NCBI GenBank assembly: GCA_963718665.1 | Contig: OY970359.1 | Coordinates: 1,568,001-1,632,000, forward strand | Source of the DNA: an uncultured Phycisphaerales bacterium | GTDB lineage: Bacteria > Planctomycetota > Phycisphaerae > Sedimentisphaerales > Anaerobacaceae | Direction of reading: 5' to 3' | Length of the DNA stretch: 64,000 nt | Part shown: positions 18,252-28,614 of the stretch, one piece after another | Numbering within the stretch: position 1 is the first letter of the stretch | How the letters are laid out: each line of letters begins with the position of its first letter | Program-made: the position numbers and the translations under genes | The notes under the pieces: model-generated | Databases searched by the model: none | What the model saw: the letters and a program-made list of their open reading frames with translations, nothing else | Told to the model about the DNA's origin: nothing

Positions 18252-19643
18252 ATGGTAATGGGCAGGGATGACAAGACGTTGTTTGCGAAAGGCGAGCAGG
18301 CGAAGTTAACGGCTGCTGCGCCGTTGGCGGTTCGGATGAGGCCAAGGACCCTCGATGAGTTTGCGGGTCAGCAGCACTTTATCGGCGAAGGGAAACTGTT
18401 GCGGAGGATACTGGAAGCCGACGCATTAAGCAGTTTGATATTTTACGGGCCGCCGGGGGTGGGAAAGACATCGCTGGCAATGGTGATTGCCAACCAGACA
18501 AAGGCGGAATTTCGATATATCAGCGCACCAGCGGCGAGCGTCAAGGATATTCGCGACGTTATAGCTGAGGCGAAAGACCGATTAACATCATCGAGCAAGC
18601 GAACCATATTGTTCATCGATGAAATACACCGTTTCAACCGGGCACAGCAGGACGTGCTTTTGGATGATGTGGAATCGGGGATAGTGATATTCATCGGAGC
18701 GACGACGGAAAACCCGTTTTTTGCGGTCAATTCGCCATTGATAAGCAGAAGCACGGTGTTTTATTTTGAGCCATTAAGCGAAGATGATGTTGTTGGATTA
18801 TTGAAGCGGGCGATAGCGGACAAAGAGCGCGGGCTTGGCAAATACGAGATTGAAGCGGAAGAAAAGGCGTTGAAGTATCTCGCGGCGGTATGCGATGGCG
18901 ACGCAAGGAAGGCGTTAACTGCCCTGGAAGTCGGGATTTTGTCGCAGAAGACAGTTAAAAAGATTAAATTCGATTTTCAGACGGCCAAGGACTCCATTCA
19001 GGGCAAGACAATCGATTATGACCAGACGGGCGATACGCATTATGATTTGGCGAGCGCGTTTCAGAAGAGTATGCGGGGGAGCGACCCGGACGCGACGGTT
19101 TACTGGCTCGCCAGAATGATTGCGGGCGGGGAGGACGTGAGGTTTATCGCCAGAAGAATCGCGGTTTGTGCCGCGGAGGACGTGGGTAACGCGGACCCGA
19201 TAGCGACGGTTTTAGCGGCATCTGCGTTTCAGATTAGCGAATTTGTGGGGCTTCCTGAGGCGCAATTAGCGTTGGCTCAGGCGGCGATTTACGTGGCTTG
19301 TGCGCCGAAATCTAATGCTTCCTCATCGGCGATTGGCAGCGCGATTGGTGATGTTCAAAATGAAAAAACCGTGGCGGTTCCGAAGCATTTGAAGGACAGC
19401 CATTATGCCGCGGCGAAAAAGATGGGTTTTGGCATAGATTATAAGTATCCGCACAGTTTTGAGGGCGGATTTGTGGTGCAGGAATACCTTCCGGGCGGTA
19501 TAAAGAAGAAGTACTATAAGCCGACAGAGCGGGGGTATGAAAAAAATATACGGGGTTATTTACAAAAGCTCGAAATACTGATAAAAGATAACAAGGCCAA
19601 AAGGATTGAAAGTAGCGGCCAGGCGGAGCAGGGTAACGGTTGA
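18252..19643 (+). CDS. rarA: Replication-associated recombination protein A (MgsA/RarA)
   Basis: PLAVRMRP, GPPGVGKT, DEIHRFN, GATTENP, SMRGSDPD; start uncertain. Confidence 0.94.
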   Translation: MVMGRDDKTLFAKGEQAKLTAAAPLAVRMRPRTLDEFAGQQHFIGEGKLLRRILEADALSSLIFYGPPGVGKTSLAMVIANQTKAEFRYISAPAASVKDIRDVIAEAKDRLTSSSKRTILFIDEIHRFNRAQQDVLLDDVESGIVIFIGATTENPFFAVNSPLISRSTVFYFEPLSEDDVVGLLKRAIADKERGLGKYEIEAEEKALKYLAAVCDGDARKALTALEVGILSQKTVKKIKFDFQTAKDSIQGKTIDYDQTGDTHYDLASAFQKSMRGSDPDATVYWLARMIAGGEDVRFIARRIAVCAAEDVGNADPIATVLAASAFQISEFVGLPEAQLALAQAAIYVACAPKSNASSSAIGSAIGDVQNEKTVAVPKHLKDSHYAAAKKMGFGIDYKYPHSFEGGFVVQEYLPGGIKKKYYKPTERGYEKNIRGYLQKLEILIKDNKAKRIESSGQAEQGNG

Positions 19644-20279
19644 ATGGAGTACCGTAGTATGGACAAGGCGCAGTTACGGCAGGAGCTTCAAAAGAGTTTA
19701 GCCGGGATATCGGCTGAGCAGCGGAAGGAAAAAAGCCGGAGGGCGTGTCGAAAGCTGATTGCGACGCCTGAATTTCAAAACGCTCCCACGGTGATGATGT
19801 ATCTGTCACTTCCTCACGAGATTGATACGTCGGAGGCGATACTTTCCGCGTGGCAGATGGGTAAGACCGTGGTTGTGCCTAAGGTGTCCTGGCAGCAAAG
19901 GCATATGATACCTGTGCAGATAAACTCATTGGAGACGGGTTTTTCGGAGGAGGTAGGCGGGTTGCGAAATCCGACGACCGGTGCGCCTGTGCCGTTTGAA
20001 GATATTCATCTGGTGGTTGCGCCGGGTCTTGGGTTTGACGGGAAGGGCAATCGGCTTGGACGCGGTGGATCTTATTACGACAGGTTTTTCTCCAACAAGG
20101 ATTTGAAGGCGATGAAATGCGGCTTCGCGTTCGCCGAGCAGGTAATAGAAACGGTGCCGGTTATGGAGCACGACGTGCCGGTTGATATGCTGGTTAGCGA
20201 TGAAGAAGTTTTGTATTTTGGCAAAGATAAGCCCGCAGCGGGCACAAAAATAAAAAAATCAGGAATGAGCAGTAAATAA
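19644..20279 (+). CDS. ygfA: 5-formyltetrahydrofolate cyclo-ligase
   Basis: PGLGFD..GNRLGRGGSYYDRF, HDVPVD. Confidence 0.92.
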   Translation: MEYRSMDKAQLRQELQKSLAGISAEQRKEKSRRACRKLIATPEFQNAPTVMMYLSLPHEIDTSEAILSAWQMGKTVVVPKVSWQQRHMIPVQINSLETGFSEEVGGLRNPTTGAPVPFEDIHLVVAPGLGFDGKGNRLGRGGSYYDRFFSNKDLKAMKCGFAFAEQVIETVPVMEHDVPVDMLVSDEEVLYFGKDKPAAGTKIKKSGMSSK

Positions 20280-20289
20280 GGAGATTGAA

Positions 20290-21273
20290 ATGGCTGTTAA
20301 TCCGGGTGGTTATGGAGAGCATCGTTCGGCTCAGGTTCGCAGAATTCTGTATATATCTATAGTTGTGATTGTGGTGGCCGTGGTCGCAATAGCGGGATTT
20401 ATTCTTAAGCGCAGCCGGGGCGGCTCGCAGGAGGTTACGCCGGAGCCGCAGGCGAATACGACTGAGCAGGGTCAGCCGGCGTCGCCTGCGGTCGCAGCGA
20501 TGGATGCCAATGGTTCGGTTGTATCGACGCAGATTGCGCAGGCGATGGAGTTGTTGAATCAGCCGACGCCTAAAATTATCGAGGCGAGAGACCGGCTTAA
20601 TGAGCTTTTGCCCATGGCACAGGGACAGGAGCTTGTGTTTATCAAAGGCAAACTCGCAGAGTTGTCGGACAAGTGGCTGTTCAGCAAGCTTGTTTACCCG
20701 GAGGACAAGTTGACAGCCAGTTACAAGGTTGCTCCGGGCGATATGCTTTCGACAATCGGAAAGAAGCGCAATGTGCCCTATGAGATTTTGATGCAGATAA
20801 ACAATATGGCCAAGCCGGAAGCGCTTCAGTCGGGCGTGGCGATAAAGGTAATAAACGGGCCGTTCCACGCGAGGGTCTATCGCTCAACGTTTACGATGGA
20901 TTTGTATCTGCAGAATACTTATGTGAAGAGTTTCTCCGTCGGGCTTGGTAAGCAGGGTATGGAGACGCCGACGGGGCGATGGCGTGTGAAAGAGGGCGGC
21001 AAACTGATACAGCCAATCTGGACGGACCCGGTGAGCGGCAAGACGTATCATCCTGAAGACCCGGATTATCCGCTTGGTTCGCGGTGGATAGCGCTTGAGG
21101 GAATTGAGGGTAATGCAGTGGGCAAAAAGGGTTTTGCGATTCACGGCACGAAGAACCCGGAGCAAATCGGGACACCCGGTTCGCAGGGTTGTATCCGGCT
21201 GCACAACGGCAATGCGATACTGGTGTATAACCTTATGATGCCGGGGCAGTCGCTGGTGGATGTGGTTGACTAA
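20290..21273 (+). CDS. LysM-containing L,D-transpeptidase
   Basis: YKVAPGDMLSTI LysM; IHGT...SQGCIRL YkuD motif. Confidence 0.9.
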   Translation: MAVNPGGYGEHRSAQVRRILYISIVVIVVAVVAIAGFILKRSRGGSQEVTPEPQANTTEQGQPASPAVAAMDANGSVVSTQIAQAMELLNQPTPKIIEARDRLNELLPMAQGQELVFIKGKLAELSDKWLFSKLVYPEDKLTASYKVAPGDMLSTIGKKRNVPYEILMQINNMAKPEALQSGVAIKVINGPFHARVYRSTFTMDLYLQNTYVKSFSVGLGKQGMETPTGRWRVKEGGKLIQPIWTDPVSGKTYHPEDPDYPLGSRWIALEGIEGNAVGKKGFAIHGTKNPEQIGTPGSQGCIRLHNGNAILVYNLMMPGQSLVDVVD

Positions 21274-21280
21274 TTATTAT

Positions 21281-21343
21281 TACCGCAGAGCACGCTGAGA
21301 CCGCAGAGAAAAAATAAAAATAAAATCCGCGAATCAGGCGGTG
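21281..21343. repeat. 9-nt-period left arm with a degenerate right arm
   Basis: accgcagag cacgctgag accgcagag, A-rich loop, atccgcgaatcaggcggtg. Confidence 0.7.
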
Positions 21344-22354
21344 AAAAAGGAATCCTGCGTTGTGAGCCAGGGAACGGTAAAAAACCATCGGAGGATAAAG
21401 TTATACGCACTGGGGGTGTCTGTTTTTGCGCATATCGTGGCGTTGTCGGTTTTCGCTGCGATAAAAATTTCGCAGTCGGCTCCTGTGCCGCTGCAAACGA
21501 CTACAACCGTGAGCATCAATCAGGCGATCAGGCTCGCTGACAGGCAGGCGGTTACGCCCAAGCCAAAGGTTAATCCCGTCGATAGCAAACCATTCGATTC
21601 TTCCGGCTCGCTCAAGGCGGACATCGTTCAGGGCAGACCAATAGTTAAAGCGGACGGAAAAGGAACACAGGCGAATGTTCGGCCTGTATTTGATGCGCCG
21701 AAAGAGGATAATCGGCGACAGGCGGAAGATGTAAAGCCGCCGATTCAGCAGGAAGTATCAAATGCGGCAGGCAGCGAGGAGTCGGCTGGCAATATCGAAT
21801 TTTTCGACAGCCCGGCGCAGGGCAGGAGGATTTGTTACGTCGTCGACTGCTCGGGGAGTATGCGGGGATTGTGGAATCGTGTGCGGGAAGAGCTTATTGA
21901 CTCGATAGGGAAACTGCCGCAGGATTATTATTTCTGCATGATTGTTTTTGGCGGGGGGAGCATACTGGAGACGGGCGGCGGGAAAATGGTGCGGGCAACC
22001 GAGCAGGCGAAACAAGAAGCATACGAATTTATCGCGGCTGTTGAGCCGAGAGGGGGGACAAACGCGGCGGATGCGCTGGAACGAGCGATTATGATTAAAG
22101 ACAGGACCGGCGTCGGGGCATCGGCGATATATTTTCTTACAGATGGTTTTGAATTGAGCGAGCAGGATGGTTCGCGTTTTGCGCACAAGGTCGCTACAAT
22201 ACACAGGAGTTTTGCGCCGAAGACGCAGATAAACACGATTGGCTTCTGGTGCACCGAGCAGGACGGCAAAGTGCTTGAGACAATAGCGAAAGAAAGCGGC
22301 GGAAAATTCGTGATGGTCGGAAATACAGGCGAACAAAAGGACGGGGACAATTGA
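21341..22354 (+). CDS. Membrane-anchored VWA domain protein
   Basis: DCSGSM MIDAS, GGTN, FLTDG; start uncertain. Confidence 0.8.
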   Translation: MKKESCVVSQGTVKNHRRIKLYALGVSVFAHIVALSVFAAIKISQSAPVPLQTTTTVSINQAIRLADRQAVTPKPKVNPVDSKPFDSSGSLKADIVQGRPIVKADGKGTQANVRPVFDAPKEDNRRQAEDVKPPIQQEVSNAAGSEESAGNIEFFDSPAQGRRICYVVDCSGSMRGLWNRVREELIDSIGKLPQDYYFCMIVFGGGSILETGGGKMVRATEQAKQEAYEFIAAVEPRGGTNAADALERAIMIKDRTGVGASAIYFLTDGFELSEQDGSRFAHKVATIHRSFAPKTQINTIGFWCTEQDGKVLETIAKESGGKFVMVGNTGEQKDGDN

Positions 22355-22369
22355 GGCGGGGATGCGGTA

Positions 22370-23218
22370 ATGAATAAAGGAATTTTGTTAAAGCTGTTTT
22401 TTATGGCGGCAGCTCTTGTTGTGGTTGTGATGATACTGATAACGGCCGCGAAGACAGATTTCAACGGCGCATCGGCGGGGCTGGCCAGGCCGAAAACGTA
22501 TTTCGAGCAGTTTTTTGTGGCGGGCGGACCGGTCGTCTGGTTTGTTCTTTTGCCGATGTCGATGGTTACGGTTTATCTGGCGACGGAGTATTGTTTTATC
22601 ATTCGCCGGAAAAAACTTTTGCCGGACGATATTTGCGGGACAATCGCCGATATTACGCGGCAGGCGGGCCTGGCTCAACTGCCAGGGCGGCTTGTCGAAA
22701 AGAGCGATTTTATCAGTGTTGCTGTTTCGGGCGCGGTTAGCAAGTGCGGCGGCGATTTGAATCGAATGCGGAGTATGGTTATTGAATCGCTCCAGGAGCA
22801 GGCGATGGCGCTATTACGCAGAATCGAGTGGATGAACATCATGGGCAATGTTTCGCCGATGGTGGGTCTGTTCGGGACGGTCCTGGGGATAATCAAGATG
22901 TTTAACGCGATGGCGGCGGTCGGCGGCCAGCCGCACCCTTCGCAATTGGCGGGCGGAATTTCAATCGCACTGGTAACAACATTGTGGGGACTGATGATTG
23001 CGATACCGGCGTTGACCATTCACGGCGTCTTCCAGAACCGAATTGAAATGCTCGCCAGTGAATCGGCTGAGCAGGCGGAAAAAACCCTTTCGCAAATAGC
23101 TTATACTTTAAGAGAGCAGAGGCGAACAGAGCAGCCCAAATCGGGCCTGGGACAGCCGATTGCCGAAATTCCGCCAAAATCGGGCGGGACAATTCGGACA
23201 TCGACGCTGTCGTCATAA
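22370..23218 (+). CDS. MotA/TolQ/ExbB proton channel protein
   Basis: SPMVGLFGTVLG, LAGGISIALVTT. Confidence 0.9.
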   Translation: MNKGILLKLFFMAAALVVVVMILITAAKTDFNGASAGLARPKTYFEQFFVAGGPVVWFVLLPMSMVTVYLATEYCFIIRRKKLLPDDICGTIADITRQAGLAQLPGRLVEKSDFISVAVSGAVSKCGGDLNRMRSMVIESLQEQAMALLRRIEWMNIMGNVSPMVGLFGTVLGIIKMFNAMAAVGGQPHPSQLAGGISIALVTTLWGLMIAIPALTIHGVFQNRIEMLASESAEQAEKTLSQIAYTLREQRRTEQPKSGLGQPIAEIPPKSGGTIRTSTLSS

Positions 23219-23236
23219 TTTTTGCGGAAAGTATTT

Positions 23237-23710
23237 ATGGCTTTTGAGGTCCCAAAAAAATACCGCGGCACGGTTCAGACACTAAACGTGATACCGTTCG
23301 TGGATGTTTTGTTTCAGCTTATTATATTTTTCGCGCTGGCCTGCCAGCTCATCGCGACGGAGAATTTACAGGTTTACGTCCCCGACAACTGCAATTTTGC
23401 CAGTTCCGACGACCAGCGTGAGGCGCAGATTACTACCGTTACAGTTATGAAAGATGAGCGGGGCAAAAGCAGTTTTGCGGTAGGTTCTCAGAAAATTGCG
23501 TTGTCGAATTATGACCAAATGGCGGAGAAAGTCGCCGAACTATTGGATGCCCGGCTCAAAGACCTGCCCGCCAACGGCAGGGTCGTAACGCTGCGGATTG
23601 ATAAGGATATTCCATACGCTGAGGCCCAGTATGCTCTGGCCGCGGTTGCCAAAAGCACCGCAACTGACATACGCTTAGCGGCGATAAAAGAGTTCTCTGT
23701 TGCCAGATAG
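23237..23710 (+). CDS. ExbD/TolR family protein
   Basis: LNVIPFVDVLFQLIIFF; VTLRIDK. Confidence 0.85.
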   Translation: MAFEVPKKYRGTVQTLNVIPFVDVLFQLIIFFALACQLIATENLQVYVPDNCNFASSDDQREAQITTVTVMKDERGKSSFAVGSQKIALSNYDQMAEKVAELLDARLKDLPANGRVVTLRIDKDIPYAEAQYALAAVAKSTATDIRLAAIKEFSVAR

Positions 23711-23730
23711 TCCGCGTTCAAATCGCAAAC

Positions 23731-25005
23731 TTACGCGGATTCTTTTTTAGCGGGGAGTTGTCTTGCTGCGGAGAGCGGCACTGTTCCTTCGACGATGTCC
23801 TTTGTAATGACGTATTTAGCGGGTTTTGGCTCTTCGGGCAGTTGATACATCAAATCAGTCATCAGCGTTTCGGCAAGCGAACAAAGCGCACGGGCGCCGG
23901 TGGCGTGCTTGAGGGCCTTTTTGGCCAGCGCGTGCAGGGCGTCTTCGGTAAACGCCAATTCGGCGTTTTCCATTTCGAAGAATTTCTGATACTGCCTGAT
24001 GAGCGCGTTTTTGGGTTTTGTCAGGATATCGATAAGGGTGTTTTCATCGAGAGGCGCAAGGACCGTGATAACGGGCACTCGGCCGACAAATTCGGGAATC
24101 ATTCCGAATTCGATAACGTCTTCGGGGATGACCTGTTCAAGAACATTGGTCAGCTCGGCCTGCTCATCGGGCAGTTGCGACATTTCCGAACCGAAGCCAA
24201 TCATTTTTTTGCCTAAGCGTTTTTTGATGATGTTGTCGAGGCCGACGAACGTTCCGCCGCAAATGAAGAGGATGTGCGAGGTATCCAGCTGGATATAGGA
24301 TTGTTCGGGATGTTTTCTGCCTCCCTGGGGCGGGATATTGGCGATTGTGCCTTCGAGCATTTTCAACAGGGCCTGCTGGACGCCTTCGCCTGAGACGTCC
24401 CGTGTGATTGAGACGTTCTGGTTGGTCTTGCCGATTTTATCGATTTCATCGACATAGACGATACCTCGCTGTGCGGCTTCGAGGTCGAAGTCGGCGTTTT
24501 GTAAAAGGCGCAGGAGAAAATTTTCGACGTCTTCGCCTACGTAGCCGGCTTCGGTAACGGTGGTGGCGTCGCAGATTGCGAAGGGGACATCGAGGAATTT
24601 GGCGAGCGTCTTGGCGAGAAGCGTTTTGCCTGAGCCGGTGGGGCCAATGAGCAGGACGTTTGATTTATCGACTTCGACTTCGCTGTCTTTGCTGTCAACG
24701 TGAAGCAGGCGTTTGTAGTGGTTGTGCACGGCGACGGCGAGATATTTTTTGGCGTGCTCCTGGCCTATGACGTACTGGTCGAGGTATTCTTTTATGCCTC
24801 TGGGGTTCGGCAGTTTTTTGCTGCCGAAGGCCGACCGGCTGGCCTGCTTTTTGTTTTGCCTGATAATGTCGCCGCAAAGCCCGACGCAGTCGGGGCAGAT
24901 ATAGACCTTGTTCGGGCCTTCAATAAAGGTGTCCTGCTGGGTGCTTGCCCTGCCGCAGAAGCTGCATACGGCCCTTGGTTTATTGATATCATTTTGTTTT
25001 GCCAT
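23731..25005 (-). CDS. clpX: ATP-dependent Clp protease ATP-binding subunit ClpX
   Basis: CSFC/CPDC zinc finger, [19 protein letters not shown] and IGF loops. Confidence 0.97.
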   Translation of the reverse strand: MAKQNDINKPRAVCSFCGRASTQQDTFIEGPNKVYICPDCVGLCGDIIRQNKKQASRSAFGSKKLPNPRGIKEYLDQYVIGQEHAKKYLAVAVHNHYKRLLHVDSKDSEVEVDKSNVLLIGPTGSGKTLLAKTLAKFLDVPFAICDATTVTEAGYVGEDVENFLLRLLQNADFDLEAAQRGIVYVDEIDKIGKTNQNVSITRDVSGEGVQQALLKMLEGTIANIPPQGGRKHPEQSYIQLDTSHILFICGGTFVGLDNIIKKRLGKKMIGFGSEMSQLPDEQAELTNVLEQVIPEDVIEFGMIPEFVGRVPVITVLAPLDENTLIDILTKPKNALIRQYQKFFEMENAELAFTEDALHALAKKALKHATGARALCSLAETLMTDLMYQLPEEPKPAKYVITKDIVEGTVPLSAARQLPAKKESA

Positions 25006-25082
25006 TGGTTATTCCAAGTCAGATTTAAGTTTCAGTGTTGTTATAGTTATATATTCTAAATCGGCTGAAGGTTCGTTGCAAC

Positions 25083-27143
25083 TTAATTGGCTGCGCAGTA
25101 TTGTTTCAGGATATCGAGTTTTTCGGCCCAGGGGGCGGGAATTTGGGGATAACTGCCGCAAAGCACGTCGATAGCATGGGCGATATTTTGCTTATCTGCC
25201 TGCGGTGATTTGGCAAGGCAGTCGAGTTCATAAAATTTGGCCTGCCACCAGTGCCAGCTTTTTTGAGTTTGTGCGGGTGTTTCGTTTCGCCGAAGCTCAG
25301 CGATTTTTGCCCAGAGTTTGGCGGATTGTTCGAATTTTTCCTGTGCCATCAGCAGTCGTGCCTGCACACGCAGCCAGGTTACGTCGTTTTCGTCAGGAGA
25401 AAAAGGCGTCAGGAAGATTTTTCCCTGTAAGATTGACGTCTCAGCAAAAAGCAGGTTGGTTTGGATATTATTGTTGGATTTGTGGGCAAATTCGGCAAGG
25501 GTGTCGCAATTTAGCAACAATTCGTTGAAGTCGTTGGCATCCTTTTGCCAGAGTTCGATTTTATCGATTGTGTCGGAAGCGATTTGAGCAGCCAATGCTG
25601 TCGATGAGTTACTGTCCCCGATTACGGCTTTCGACATATACCGAGCCGATTCTTCAAGTCGTCCCAATTGGTGCAACGCCTGTGCTTTGAACAGGTCATA
25701 TCGCAGTCCCGGCGTTTGTTCTGCGGTATCGAGCAGGTTCAGGACCTGTGCTGCGGAATCGTTGATGTCGCTGCCAAGAATTGTCCGGCAGTATATATCC
25801 ATCGCTTCGAGGCGAAGTAAGCGTTTTTGCTCATCCTGCCCCGTGCAATTGAGAACAAAGTTTCGCAGTTGTGGAATCGCCTCTTTGCGGCCTGCGTTAA
25901 TTTTTATTTTTAGAAGTTCGAGCGATGCCTTATCGTGCCAGATTGTTTTCGGGTCATTGGTCAGCCGGGTGAATATTTCGGATGCTTCCTGAGTTTTGCC
26001 GCAGTCGAATAAAATTTCACCATAAAGATACTGCATCTCTTCGGCCATTTTATCTGAGGTGATGTGGGCGTAGTTATCGAAGGCGGCGATTGCAAGATTG
26101 CAATCGACATTTTTTTGAGTGAAGCTGTCGTAAGCAAGCCGGGCGGCATATTCAGCGGTTCCGCGGACGTCGATATCGAGCAGCGGTTCTTTTTGCCGGA
26201 GCTGCAAATTGCTTGATTCCATTAAAAGTTCGATGGCTTTTCCCGGATCGGATTCGATGACTGACCTGCCCGTGATACAAAGGGTGCCGGGCGTTTTTAA
26301 TTTGTCGGCGTCAGCAATGGCAAGCAGCAGTTCTTTGTGTGCGGGAAAGTTTGTTGTCGAGGCGGCATACGCGACAAGCTCGGCGGTGAGGGGATTTAAT
26401 GAATTGAGGTCGGAGCCGGAAGAAAGGTCCGCGAGGATGATTTTGCCGAGGAAATTCCCTGTTTGCGAAGAATGTAACAAGGTATTTTGCAGTGTATCGG
26501 GAGCGTATTTATTCTGGAGGATTGCAAGCGTGAGGAGCATTTCGGGGTCGTCGGAACAATCACTTTTGGCAAGCGAGTCGGTGATATCATCAAGCTCGTT
26601 TGGTCCAGATGGGCCAAGATATTTTATTTTTTCGAGTGAGGCCTTGAGGAGAGCGCAGTGGCTCAAGTCGGATTTGGCCAATATTTTGAAAAGCTGTTGT
26701 TCGGTTTCGCGGTTGCCGGCTATTTGTGCGAGATAGTAGTCGATTTCGAGTTTACCGGTTTGTGTATTAGTGAGGTCTGCGGCGAGTTTACGCCACAGGC
26801 CCGTTTGGCCGAACAGGGTTTCCCAGTCGTCTTTCTGGTATGACTCGATTGCCTGTTTCATAGCGGACTGGGTATTCGCGATTTGCTCAAGGTCGGCTGA
26901 CGTCTGCTGTGCGACCTTGCAGAGTGCATCTTTATCCTGCGGATTCAGAAATCGGCCTGAGTATTCATACTGCATTCGTATTATGAAGGTCTGCGTGAAG
27001 AACGAGTTGTAAGTTTGTTTTGCCTTTTGAGCGGCGTCATTTATATCCTGAACGGTCGGCAGAGAATCGGCGGCAATGGCAGGCAGGGAGATTGTCAGCA
27101 GCACAAGCGGCAGAAAATATCTTTTGCTAATCGGACTTATCAT
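25083..27143 (-). CDS. Secreted alpha-helical (TPR-like) hypothetical protein
   Basis: Signal peptide; helical repeat composition; downstream of exbD. Confidence 0.6.
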   Translation of the reverse strand: MISPISKRYFLPLVLLTISLPAIAADSLPTVQDINDAAQKAKQTYNSFFTQTFIIRMQYEYSGRFLNPQDKDALCKVAQQTSADLEQIANTQSAMKQAIESYQKDDWETLFGQTGLWRKLAADLTNTQTGKLEIDYYLAQIAGNRETEQQLFKILAKSDLSHCALLKASLEKIKYLGPSGPNELDDITDSLAKSDCSDDPEMLLTLAILQNKYAPDTLQNTLLHSSQTGNFLGKIILADLSSGSDLNSLNPLTAELVAYAASTTNFPAHKELLLAIADADKLKTPGTLCITGRSVIESDPGKAIELLMESSNLQLRQKEPLLDIDVRGTAEYAARLAYDSFTQKNVDCNLAIAAFDNYAHITSDKMAEEMQYLYGEILFDCGKTQEASEIFTRLTNDPKTIWHDKASLELLKIKINAGRKEAIPQLRNFVLNCTGQDEQKRLLRLEAMDIYCRTILGSDINDSAAQVLNLLDTAEQTPGLRYDLFKAQALHQLGRLEESARYMSKAVIGDSNSSTALAAQIASDTIDKIELWQKDANDFNELLLNCDTLAEFAHKSNNNIQTNLLFAETSILQGKIFLTPFSPDENDVTWLRVQARLLMAQEKFEQSAKLWAKIAELRRNETPAQTQKSWHWWQAKFYELDCLAKSPQADKQNIAHAIDVLCGSYPQIPAPWAEKLDILKQYCAAN

Positions 27144-27714
27144 TTTTCGGCGACTCGGTCCGGCTGCGGCTCGGCGTCGCTATTACTCCTGTAACCTCAT
27201 CGGTGCCTTCGCCGAGACGAGTCATCTGGAACGTGATATCGGTCAGGCCCATTCCGTAAAGGACGTTATAAATTTGGGCGAGGTTTTCCCATTTGACTTT
27301 GCCCGCACATACGATTTCGACGGGGTCGGCGGCGTATCGCTTTTGTTCGAGCAGGCACTCTCTGGTTTGCTCCATCAGCGAAGCGAGGCCCCGTTCGGGG
27401 TTTTGGGAGGATATATTGACGGCACGGGATAAGCCGATTTGCACACGGCAGCCGGCGTTTGTCGGCGTGATTTGAATTGTCAGCGGCTCCGGCCTGATGG
27501 AGGTTTGGGTGACCGTGCCCGCGCTGGCTACGGGCAATTGAAGCGGGAGAAAATCCTCCTGCGGACTCCATCTCGCGGCGACGAGAAAGAAAATCAGCAG
27601 AAGGAAAATCATATCAATCATCGGCGCGATTCGCAGGCCGATGGCCGACCGGCGCAGACCGACTGTCCTGCTTAGTATGCTTTTGTCTTTATTTGTGCGT
27701 CCAAGGATTTGCAC
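27127..27714 (-). CDS. ExbD/TolR family protein with a palindrome-derived C-terminal tail
   Basis: IAPMIDMIFLLLIFF motif. Confidence 0.85.
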   Translation of the reverse strand: MQILGRTNKDKSILSRTVGLRRSAIGLRIAPMIDMIFLLLIFFLVAARWSPQEDFLPLQLPVASAGTVTQTSIRPEPLTIQITPTNAGCRVQIGLSRAVNISSQNPERGLASLMEQTRECLLEQKRYAADPVEIVCAGKVKWENLAQIYNVLYGMGLTDITFQMTRLGEGTDEVTGVIATPSRSRTESPKNDKSD

Positions 27715-27743
27715 GCCTAACCTCCGTGTCAGCGTCGCCGGTA

Positions 27744-28316
27744 TCAGCCGACGGATTCTTTTACGAACTGAGCGCCTTTTTGCATCGCCTTTTTATTTAA
27801 CGGTATTATGACGTGGTATCGTTCCGCCAGCACATCCGGCAGTGATTCGGCTGCCTCGTCGGGGCTGAAGGTTCCTCGTTTTTGCAGGTATGCGCCAAGT
27901 GCCACCATATTTGCGACTTTGGCGTTGCCAAGTCCCACCGCGATTTCGTCGATTGGTATTTTCACAACCTCGACGGAGTCATCGACTTTGGGCTGCACGT
28001 CTATCTGCGAGCTGTTTATTATCAGTGTTCCGCCTTTTTTTACGGATTTTTCGAATTTAGCAAGCGCGGCCTTGCTCATAGCGATTACGCATTGGGGATT
28101 GCTCACTACCGGCGAAGGAATCGGCTGGTCGGAAATGACGACCATACAATTGGACGCGCCGCCTCGGACTTCCGCGCCATAGGATGGCATAAAGGTAACT
28201 TCTTTGCCCGCCTTCATCGCGGCCTGCGCGAGGAGTTTGCCCACGAGGATAATCCCCTGTCCGCCGAACCCGGCTATTGTAACTTCTTCGTAAAGATGGT
28301 TAGTTTGTTTTCCCAT
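27744..28316 (-). CDS. 2-oxoacid:ferredoxin oxidoreductase gamma subunit
   Basis: AGFGGQG, PSYGAEVRGG, NMVALGA. Confidence 0.92.
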   Translation of the reverse strand: MGKQTNHLYEEVTIAGFGGQGIILVGKLLAQAAMKAGKEVTFMPSYGAEVRGGASNCMVVISDQPIPSPVVSNPQCVIAMSKAALAKFEKSVKKGGTLIINSSQIDVQPKVDDSVEVVKIPIDEIAVGLGNAKVANMVALGAYLQKRGTFSPDEAAESLPDVLAERYHVIIPLNKKAMQKGAQFVKESVG

Positions 28317-28611
28317 GCGAGCTTAGATATTCACGAATATAAGTCCTAACCACCGATGTAATGGTTTGGTTCAATATAACACCACCTATGAAGCATCCTA
28401 TAACTGCGCAAAGTATTCTCCAATGAATGCCACCAAATCTCATACCTACGGCCTGCCCCAATGCAAAGCAAGCACAAAGAACAAGGATCGCAATCCAGGT
28501 TTGCCAGTGGCACCAAGCTTTCCGATAGAATTTCCTCCAAACTTCTGTTTGTTCCTGTTCAGATAGGTCTGTCAATTCTGGAATCGATTTAAGCGACCAG
28601 TATAGTTTCAT
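28300..28611 (-). CDS. Small two-TM hypothetical protein inserted in the oxidoreductase operon
   Basis: 103 aa, two hydrophobic segments, exactly fills the beta-gamma gap, AT-richer. Confidence 0.65.
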   Translation of the reverse strand: MKLYWSLKSIPELTDLSEQEQTEVWRKFYRKAWCHWQTWIAILVLCACFALGQAVGMRFGGIHWRILCAVIGCFIGGVILNQTITSVVRTYIREYLSSHGKTN

Positions 28612-28614
28612 AGG

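Noticed and set aside
19600..19660. 6S RNA upstream of ygfA
   Set aside because: rarA abuts ygfA directly, leaving no room.
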